Assembly: GCF_030055435.1 (NCBI RefSeq)
Contig: NZ_JASFYG010000001.1
Span: 50,154-82,153, forward strand
Reading direction: 5' to 3'
Length of the DNA stretch: 32,000 nucleotides
Origin: Methanothermobacter sp.
GTDB taxonomy: Archaea > Methanobacteriota > Methanobacteria > Methanobacteriales > Methanothermobacteraceae
The notes under the pieces are model-generated. The model saw only the letters and a program-made list of their open reading frames with translations. It had not been told where the DNA came from and ran no database searches. The position numbers and the translations under genes were made by a program. This document shows positions 26,601-32,000 of this stretch, piece after piece; position 1 is the stretch's first letter; each line of letters begins with the position of its first letter.

Positions 26601-28061
26601 ACCCTCATGAACCACAACCTCATTCCATGATGCGTCGGTGTAGGACACAACGATGGGTGAGAAGACACCCTCGAACCCGGGTATCGTGACCTGCCATGTC
26701 CATTCGTACTGGGCACCCAGCGGGTTTGTGAGGCTTGAGTTGCTGTAGAGCTGCACCCCCTTGATCACGGGGATGTTGATCCTCTCAAACTCTGCTAGCG
26801 CCCCACCTGATGGCAGGTTGGCGTAGTTGAGTGACCAGGAGTAGAGGGATATCACCGCGTCTATCCTCCTTGTGAGGGGCCCCTTACCGTTAACACCAAG
26901 GGCGAGTTCCTCAAGGAGTGAACTCACAGCAGGGTTTGTGGCGCCCTGGTAGAGGTTGAATATGGCCCTTCCCTGTTTCTCTGCCTGGCGTATTATCGCG
27001 TCCACGGTCGGTGATGGATTGTAGCTTACAACGACGATGAATGGTCCTGTCATGTTTTTGTTTGCTGTGTACCAGTTCTCGAACTGTCTGTAGATATCTG
27101 CCCTCTGGTCTTCCGCCCATGCCGAGAAGTTCTGGTCTATCCATCTGAGGCTGTCATATGGTGGTATGAGACCAGGGTTGCCCTCTATCCAGGCCTTTAT
27201 TCTGGATCTTTCTGCAACCACACTCATGACTCCAAGGTCAGGGTGGTAGAGTCCCCAGTCAGGGGCTGCCATGACCGGCCCCTGATTGTTCTCAACCGGG
27301 TTGAAGGTGGTCTCACCGAGGAGGTACTGGATGTACTTTATCATGTTCTCCAGGTTCTCCCTGGCTGCCCCTCCTGATGCGAGGGCGTAGTAGCTTGCAA
27401 TGTAGGTATTCTCCACTGTGTCCGGTGTGTCATTTCCTGGTGTTCCGCCGAGGAGGTTCAGACCTGTTCCACCGTAGGGGTCAGTGTCTGTGTCTGTTGG
27501 GTAACCGAAGGCAGCTGCTATCATGTTTCTCTGGTTCGCGGGACTCCTCAGGAGGTATGGATACCAGGAGTCGCCCCAGCCTGTCCCGGGCATTGCCATG
27601 TCCAGGTAGGCGAAGTTCACGTGCTCCATGATCCAGTCACTGGCCGCTGAGGATGGGTCCCACATGTCATGGTAGATTATCCTCCTGTTACCCATTGACT
27701 TCAGTATGCGTCCCTTCTCAGGGACCGAGCTTATGATGGCTATATCCGGCATGAATGTGTGGTTCAGTGTTTGGCTTGAGGTCACGGTGTATGTCACTGG
27801 CCGGTAGGTGTGGTAGCTTATCCTCACCTCAACGGGGAATGTGTCACTGAATGTAACCCTGTAGGATCCGTCTGCCGCTGTTCGTGTTTCATTGATAACC
27901 GAACCATTGTATATCACGGTGATGCTTGCATTCTTCACCGGCAGTGCATCCTGGAGTGTGGTGTATCCTCCTGATGTTTCATTGTAGATCTCCTTTATAT
28001 GTCCTGAAACCTCCGCTGCGCTGGCTGTCCCTGTCAGTGCAACTGCGAGTATTACCGCCAT
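23601..28061 (-). CDS. Giant exported, C-terminally membrane-anchored CobN/Mg-chelatase-H-like protein
   Basis: 1486 aa. The signal peptide is (KRFITV)MAVILAVALTGTASA. A CarboxypepD_reg-like beta-sandwich is suggested by KNASITVIYNGSVINETRTAADGSYRVTF. The CobN core includes IHLGTHGTLEFLPGR (compare CobN HxGxHGxLEWLPG). The C-terminus has a CCHHTC motif, an S/G/P-rich linker, GKAYEV...PLYALLGVVALVFLVGFGYWRGR (TM plus basic tail) and many N-x-S/T sequons. The real start may be ATT 28082 (see findings). Confidence 0.85.
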   Translation of the reverse strand: MAVILAVALTGTASAAEVSGHIKEIYNETSGGYTTLQDALPVKNASITVIYNGSVINETRTAADGSYRVTFSDTFPVEVRISYHTYRPVTYTVTSSQTLNHTFMPDIAIISSVPEKGRILKSMGNRRIIYHDMWDPSSAASDWIMEHVNFAYLDMAMPGTGWGDSWYPYLLRSPANQRNMIAAAFGYPTDTDTDPYGGTGLNLLGGTPGNDTPDTVENTYIASYYALASGGAARENLENMIKYIQYLLGETTFNPVENNQGPVMAAPDWGLYHPDLGVMSVVAERSRIKAWIEGNPGLIPPYDSLRWIDQNFSAWAEDQRADIYRQFENWYTANKNMTGPFIVVVSYNPSPTVDAIIRQAEKQGRAIFNLYQGATNPAVSSLLEELALGVNGKGPLTRRIDAVISLYSWSLNYANLPSGGALAEFERINIPVIKGVQLYSNSSLTNPLGAQYEWTWQVTIPGFEGVFSPIVVSYTDASWNEVVVHEGVEKIVKLADGWARLRELSNSDKKIAVILYSYPPGKDGFTASYLDVFRSLHDLLVKLNETGYRVERIPDVEELYRIVSEFGNKGTWAQPLLERYVSEHRAELQASGQLLDVQKYLEWFSKLPEKLRSEVLSKWGAAPGNIMTVNGSIVIPGIMLGNIFVTVQPARGWDEVTDYHNPYLPPHHQYIAFYRWMENVFGANAMIHLGTHGTLEFLPGRMIGLMEDDWPFQLTGIPNIYPYIVSNPGEGMVAKDRSGALIIDHMTPAMVESGLYGKLIEIHDLIHQYENALKVGNSQILPAIESQIRSRASEMGFNMSGNFTDALERLHLSLHEIESDIIPLGLHSLGRVLDGEELVEEVLTIASSRSEFLENIRKTLYPSKPVYTEMLKDPLRYSDEIASVKNLARTWIRNIINGTAPAGINGTDLEFINETIRKIRGNTEWQSLLSALGGGFVRPGLAGDPAWCDVLPTGANFYATNPKKMPTRAAWETAKKITDTLLAEYYMKHGKFPELIGMVMWGTELLRTDGVAIAEFMYLLGVKPQWNTNGDVKPEPVLMDASELRITVNGVEIPRPRIDVFVTAVTGNQLWIDLMNAAVKMAAEANDTENYVKRHYSECGSLDRVFGLRGLVLEGTGVSDMTPATSRWNTSAELADVYLSRVSYAWRSTPRGVDIQQNRGTFQYLLGKVNLVTQNLDSTWRLIDTDDYYDWFGGMVLASRHLGGNPDTALVDIRNRKTVTVRTVAEEIELEVRSQLLNPRYMDSLLSSPSGWLEYASRYKNVFGMAVTTGAVSNELWNQLALNLLSDRFRASGDYEAVATQSMIAWVLEAARRNIWNADKAVLRDLANRYIELAGEYGVVCCHHTCANIVFNNWVVKVSSVNQASLKRFASALAAATGASVDVPQEGGSGNPGHSGSDSNGESAGMTGQRPSGSSGESYTGSSGSAAESQGQATPGETEKGADSGKAYEVSASTQSGSSETQVPLYALLGVVALVFLVGFGYWRGR

Positions 28062-28087
28062 TACTGTGATGAATCTTTTAATATTTT

Positions 28088-28129
28088 CACCTCCCTTTAA
28101 TTTTATTCAGGTTTACTTTAAGGGAGGCG
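28088..28129 (-). promoter_or_regulatory. SD-sequestering hairpin in the 5' UTR of the CobN-like gene
   Basis: On the mRNA strand, CCUCCCUU (from 28127-28120) is perfectly complementary to AAGGGAGG (from 28097-28090), which contains the SD. The loop is 22 nt. The stem can extend by a G-U and a C-G pair. Confidence 0.4.
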
Positions 28130-28206
28130 ATATTTAAAATTAACTTTAATTATTTTAAAACAAATTTTAAATATGTTTATTCATATGGTCCGATTAAATG
28201 CCTTTG

Positions 28207-28328
28207 CTGATAATAAAAGAAGTTGATGGGGTTTTCAGGTTATTTGGCGGGGATTCTTTAGTATTCACTGATAATAAAAGAAGTTGATGGGGTTTTCAGG
28301 TTATTTGGCGGGGATTCTTTAGTATTCA
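28207..28328. repeat. Perfect tandem duplication, 2 x 61 bp, plus a degenerate third copy (28329 to about 28366)
   Basis: Units 28207-28267 and 28268-28328 are identical: ctgataataaaagaagttgatggggttttcaggttatttggcggggattctttagtattca. The next roughly 38 nt (gtgataataaaagaggtgattggagttaaaggtggtgg) are about 75 percent similar and overlap the 3' end of the 28354 gene. Confidence 0.95.
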
Positions 28329-28353
28329 GTGATAATAAAAGAGGTGATTGGAG

Positions 28354-29439
28354 TTAAAGGTGGTGGCTGTTTCTCCTCATGGTCTCAGCCCTCTCCCTGT
28401 AACCTCTGATACCTCCGCTATCCTCCTGTAGGTTGAAGAACACCGAGTGTATGACCTCACCTGCATGTGTCAGGGCCGAGCCCACAAGACCCTCGGCAGT
28501 GTACCTGTGGTCTATCCCGTAGCCGGGGGATGGGTAACGGTGTTCCTCTGCGTTCATGATCCTCTCAATGAAGCCATCGGGGTCCACAGGGTCGTATTTT
28601 ACATCATCATGGAGCATGGCCTCGATTGCATAGCTCTTTATGATCTTATCATGGAGTTTCCTGTAGGCTGAACTTCTTGATACAAGTTCAAATCCTGCAA
28701 TTCTACCGTTGATTGCAACAAGCACTCCGTTCTGCTCTTTAAGCGGTTTGAATGGTTTTTTGAATTCCTCCAGTGTCTTTCTCTTCTTTCTGTAGGCATC
28801 TGCCATTGCACCTGTTTTTGAGGTTGAGCCGGCCCTCCTGTGGAGCCTGTTAACCTCATCCCATACGCTGCTCTGGCGTGAGCAGTACGCCGTCAGTAAC
28901 TCTTCCTGGTTCCTGATATTGATCTCCCTGATATCCTCAAAGGTGTCACGTATGACATGCTCATCCTCAGGGGCATCATCTATTTCAGCGCTTCTACCAA
29001 TGTTCTCAAGGTTCTCTGTCACGGTCCTTGTCTTGGTAACCCTTACGTTGAGTGCAGCCACCCTTTCAGGGTCCCTGAACTCCTTTGAGGTGTAGGACCA
29101 TCTGCCCTGCTCCACGCAGCTTACAGGTATCATGGTTTCTGACTTCTCAGGCAACAGAACTGTGACGTTGGCCACACGGTTCTGCTTGGCACCCTCCAGT
29201 TCCTCCCCGTCAATTATGAGTACGGGTTCATCAGCCCGGTTAACTGCAAGTACCGTGGGTACTGAGCCATATTCGTCCACCTCACCTATACTTATGAGGT
29301 CCTTGCTCATGGCATCTCTCAGTGTAAGGTAGTTCTGGCTCCCCTCAGGCGCCCTCACCGGGATGACCTCCATCTGACCTGAAACCTGGGGTTTGAGGAA
29401 CTCCAGGCTATCAAGACAGCTCTTGACTATCTCATTCAA
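28354..29439 (-). CDS. GAKQNR-motif protein (ARPP-1/DUF6569-like, assignment from memory)
   Basis: The N-terminal domain reads MEVIPV...NYLTLRDAMSKDLISIGEVDEYGSVPTVLAVNRADEPVLIIDGEELEGAKQNRVANVTVLLPEKSETMIPVSCVEQGRW. This matches my memory of the ARPP-1 family pattern (YLTL.EA...G...V.E....G.V..L.V.N....PVLLLDGEEL.GAKQNR..N....). TTG 29439 lies 4 nt after AGAGGTGA (29451-29444); the track start TTG 29454 overlaps that SD. Confidence 0.75.
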   Translation of the reverse strand: MNEIVKSCLDSLEFLKPQVSGQMEVIPVRAPEGSQNYLTLRDAMSKDLISIGEVDEYGSVPTVLAVNRADEPVLIIDGEELEGAKQNRVANVTVLLPEKSETMIPVSCVEQGRWSYTSKEFRDPERVAALNVRVTKTRTVTENLENIGRSAEIDDAPEDEHVIRDTFEDIREINIRNQEELLTAYCSRQSSVWDEVNRLHRRAGSTSKTGAMADAYRKKRKTLEEFKKPFKPLKEQNGVLVAINGRIAGFELVSRSSAYRKLHDKIIKSYAIEAMLHDDVKYDPVDPDGFIERIMNAEEHRYPSPGYGIDHRYTAEGLVGSALTHAGEVIHSVFFNLQEDSGGIRGYRERAETMRRNSHHL

Positions 29440-29490
29440 AACATCACCTCTCAATGTTAACAGCCAGATAATTCACTCTGGATCTAGTTA

Positions 29491-29516
29491 TGTATATGTA
29501 AATTATTGAATATAAA
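29491..29516 (-). promoter_or_regulatory. Promoter block with TATA box, copy A (upstream of the GAKQNR-motif gene)
   Basis: The minus strand reads TTTATATTCAATAATTTACATATACA. It matches copy B (30630-30655) at 24 of 26 positions and begins with a TTTATAT TATA box about 72 nt upstream of the TTG start. Confidence 0.5.
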
Positions 29517-29706
29517 TATTTTTACTGAATAATTGAAAATATTTTATTCAAATATGGGTGAAATATCTGTTTAATGAAAGAATTGCATTTAAAATGCGAT
29601 ATTCTGAAAGATTTGAAGTGTTTACAGGGGCACGCTGTGATCCTGGTTTCCTTCTCTGAGAGCCTGTAAGCATTTAATAAAAAATTAGAGGTATTATGGG
29701 GATATA

Positions 29707-30549
29707 TCAGCTGTTGTCCATGAGGGCGGCCCTCAGGTCCTCAACAGGTACATCGTAGGTCTCACAGACCCTCTGGAGCCATGCCAGTGTCGACTCAGGT
29801 GTTAGGGACATGGAAACCCTGAAGAGCTCTGCAAGCACCTGAAACTGTGGTGAGGCGGTATCAAGGATTTTCACAAGTGATCTTGAAAGTTTGAGGCATT
29901 TCCTTGCGTTTGATATGAATGAGCTCAGGGTCTCCTGGTATTCAAGGGCATCCACGTCCCTCTCATCATCCATTATCACTGTGGGGGTGAAGATGTCGTA
30001 CTCCCAGTTGAAGAGTCCCAGGATGAATCCCCTCTTATCCTCTGCCCCCTCAAGGTACCCTGATATGATGGACAGAATACCGTGGGATACCGCCGATGGA
30101 CTTGACCTCAGGTTGCCTGTAACCCCCAGGCTTGACTCCAGCAGTTTCTTCAGGGAGGTCTTCATCCAGCCGCTCTGGGGGTCGTCAAGGTCGTTCAGCG
30201 TGGCCTCCACAACCTTCCTAATCTCAAAGGGTTTATCTGTGAGGTCAAAGAAGTGGGGGTAGCGGGATTTCATTTCCATCTTCAGCTCCTCTGTATCGTG
30301 TTCCCCAGGGTCTTCACGGGTCTCCTGGAAGGCCTCAAAGAGGATAATGTCCCTTAAACGTATGTGGGACGTCCACTCGGTGAAGTATTTTATCCGGATA
30401 TCCTCGGCGGTTTTACGCCCCAGTGGGGTGTTCAGGAGGGAAGGATGGTATTTCAGGAACTCCTCCCAGCCCTCAAGGCCGGTGTATCCTGATTTCAGGA
30501 TTCTCTCTGCAGCCTCATTATATTTTATGCCTTCAAATATGTCCAACAT
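29707..30549 (-). CDS. Orphan protein, no recognisable domain (probably all-alpha)
   Basis: The ORF is open to 30615 (TTG). AGAGGTGG (30558-30551) sits just upstream of ATG 30549 and TTG 30546, giving MLDIFEGIKYNEAAERIL... I recognise no motifs. Confidence 0.65.
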   Translation of the reverse strand: MLDIFEGIKYNEAAERILKSGYTGLEGWEEFLKYHPSLLNTPLGRKTAEDIRIKYFTEWTSHIRLRDIILFEAFQETREDPGEHDTEELKMEMKSRYPHFFDLTDKPFEIRKVVEATLNDLDDPQSGWMKTSLKKLLESSLGVTGNLRSSPSAVSHGILSIISGYLEGAEDKRGFILGLFNWEYDIFTPTVIMDDERDVDALEYQETLSSFISNARKCLKLSRSLVKILDTASPQFQVLAELFRVSMSLTPESTLAWLQRVCETYDVPVEDLRAALMDNS

Positions 30550-30568
30550 ACCACCTCTAGAAGAGAGA

Positions 30569-30588
30569 GGGAGGTCACTGAGCCTCCC
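30569..30588 (-). promoter_or_regulatory. GGGAGG/CCUCCC hairpin in the 5' UTR of the orphan gene
   Basis: The mRNA strand reads GGGAGG-CUCAGUGA-CCUCCC, a 6-bp all-strong stem with an 8-nt loop. It lies 10 nt upstream of the SD AGAGGUGG. The CCUCC(C/U) arm could alternatively pair with the SD. Confidence 0.35.
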
Positions 30589-30629
30589 TATACACAAATA
30601 TCCTGAATAAAACAATCATATATGTAGCA

Positions 30630-30655
30630 GTGTATATGTATTTTATTGAATATAA
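30630..30655 (-). promoter_or_regulatory. Promoter block with TATA box, copy B (upstream of the orphan gene)
   Basis: The minus strand reads TTTATATTCAATAAAATACATATACA, matching copy A at 24 of 26 positions. A GAAAATA (plus-strand reading) follows both copies at similar spacing. Confidence 0.5.
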
Positions 30656-30761
30656 AGGTTGTGGTGAAGTTGATGAAAATAGTTCATTTATTAATCCTAT
30701 GATTAAAATGTATAACAGAATTCTCCCGGGATTCTAAAAAAATAAAATGGGGATGTCGCAG

Positions 30762-32000
30762 CTACCTCCCGGTACCCTTAAGGTAACCGGCTCCAAGGAG
30801 TGCGACAATTGAAACTATACCCAGTATGGCGTAGAGTGGAGTTTCAGTGGATCCGGAGTTGCTGTTACTTGATGCTGCGACCTCGTATGCCTTACCAGAT
30901 TCTTTACCGGTCTCTGAAGGCGTATTCTGAGATTTTGCTGAAGCCTCCTCTGAAACCGCAGATACGCTCCTACCAGGGCTGATATGTCCCTCTGATCCCC
31001 CAGGTGTGGATGGGTTCTGTGATCCCCCGGGCCTGCCCTGTGTAACATCAGGCGTGGGATCTCCTTCCACCTGAATGGCAGCCCCTGTGGCGTACCTGAA
31101 TTTCTCAAGGAAGGTCCTGAGTTCAGCGGAATTCAGTGAGGAGAGCTTCAGTATCCAGCTGTTGAGCTGGATGTTACCGCAGGTGTGGTGGCAGCATGCA
31201 ACACCGTACTCACTGGTTGTCCTCACGTAGATATCTGCCAGCATCCTCAGGGTCTCCCTGTCGGCATTCCAGTAGCCCCTCCGGGCGGCGTTTAGGAGTG
31301 TGCCTGTTATACTGATGAGTGCATATGCATTCTTCCCTGTTGAAAGCCATTCCCTGACTCCGAGACAATATCTGTCCCTTATATAGATATTCACTGCTTC
31401 GTTCCACATGGAATCAGTCACAGCGTCTGGTACTGTCACCTTCCAGCCCCAGAGGTTCTCAAAGAAGTTGCCTGATATGTAACTGGCGCCGGCATAGCCC
31501 TCCCGCATCATGGCACTGATCCATTCCCTGTTGAAGAACTTGCTGTGCAGGTCCCTGAGGATGAACTCTGAGAGCGTGTCGATGCCTGGTTTTGCCGGGT
31601 TCACCTGGTTCAGTATGAAGAGTTCAGGTCTCCTTCCTTTCACCCTCTCAACAGCAAGGCTGAAACCGCCAAGGAACTCGTAGTTATGGTCCAGGTCCAG
31701 GACTCCGTGTTTTGTATCTGAACGTGAATGGTAAACCCCGTCGATGTCCCTCAGCCTCCTTGTGAAGATCTCTGTGTTGATGGATCCCCAGTCGTCCTCC
31801 CGGTAGGAGTACTTCATGTCTGAGATGAAGGCGTCGCCGAGTTCCAGTCTGTCACTCCAGGTATCTGAGAGCTGTGCACCTGTTCTAACACCTGATGACC
31901 CCCACTCGCCAGGTGGAGGACCGAATATCCTGCTCACAGCCATCCTACCCGCCTCTGAAGCTCCAAAGTTCTTCGAAAGAAGAGCCTCTGTGTCGCTGAG
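30762..32000 (-). CDS. Second CobN-like paralog, C-terminal about 410 aa (gene continues beyond window end)
   Basis: The frame stays open to nt 32000 (..LSDTEALLSKNFGASEAGRMAVSRIFGPPPGEWG..). It is collinear with the C-terminus of the 23601-28061 protein: YGVACCHHTCGNIQLNSW vs YGVVCCHHTCANIVFNNW. It has the same S/G/P linker and the same GKAYEV...PLYAILGIVSIVALLGAGYLKGTGR anchor. Confidence 0.85.
   Translation of the reverse strand, partial: LSDTEALLSKNFGASEAGRMAVSRIFGPPPGEWGSSGVRTGAQLSDTWSDRLELGDAFISDMKYSYREDDWGSINTEIFTRRLRDIDGVYHSRSDTKHGVLDLDHNYEFLGGFSLAVERVKGRRPELFILNQVNPAKPGIDTLSEFILRDLHSKFFNREWISAMMREGYAGASYISGNFFENLWGWKVTVPDAVTDSMWNEAVNIYIRDRYCLGVREWLSTGKNAYALISITGTLLNAARRGYWNADRETLRMLADIYVRTTSEYGVACCHHTCGNIQLNSWILKLSSLNSAELRTFLEKFRYATGAAIQVEGDPTPDVTQGRPGGSQNPSTPGGSEGHISPGRSVSAVSEEASAKSQNTPSETGKESGKAYEVAASSNSNSGSTETPLYAILGIVSIVALLGAGYLKGTGR

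Noticed and set aside
28207-28366. Whether the 61-bp repeats could be a CRISPR array.
   Set aside because: The units are directly contiguous with no spacers. There are only 2 perfect copies plus a degenerate one. No cas genes are nearby, and the unit has no CRISPR-like palindromic core. This is a tandem duplication, not a CRISPR array.

Overview
The window looks like a chromosomal segment of a pseudomurein-walled methanogen, most likely Methanothermobacter. From memory, the gene order matches the M. thermautotrophicus MTH530-MTH543 neighbourhood, including an MTH538-type TIR-like protein. Ribosome-binding sites fit GGAGGTGA. Contents in order: (1) 1-5556, nurA (3' fragment)-herA-mre11-rad50 DNA end-resection operon. 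(2) About 6.0-6.5 kb, a small exported transglutaminase-like protein behind a 477-bp AT-rich gap. (3) 6.6-10.7 kb, a co-directional minus-strand run: class III signal peptide (pilin-like) protein, msrA, two-subunit 2-oxoacid:ferredoxin oxidoreductase, TIR-like protein. (4) 11.0-17.2 kb, a Mur-ligase (pseudomurein peptide ligase) cluster. It includes a 1005-aa in-frame double ligase with a MurT-type zinc ribbon, a membrane-anchored possibly VanW-like protein and a MobA-like nucleotidyltransferase. (5) 17.2-21.6 kb, small, hypothetical and envelope proteins (DUF169, zinc ribbons, pseudomurein-binding-repeat-like, DUF2085). (6) 22.1-23.6 kb, an orphan CARF/Csa3-like wHTH regulator plus a P-loop ATPase-wHTH pair. 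(7) 23.6-32.0 kb, two giant CobN-like paralogs with C-terminal membrane-anchor features and, in the complete copy, a signal peptide. They flank a GAKQNR-motif (ARPP-1/DUF6569-like, from memory) protein and an orphan protein. This last region also holds a shared 26-nt promoter block, a perfect 61-bp tandem duplication, and anti-Shine-Dalgarno hairpins. I saw no rRNA, tRNA, CRISPR array, transposase or integrase. The best candidates for undescribed biology are the surface CobN-like/ARPP-1-like cluster, the orphan CARF-ATPase pair, the fused double Mur ligase, and a recurrent GGAGG-N7-ATT pattern suggesting AUU initiation of exported proteins. All family assignments come from motif reading by eye; no searches were run.
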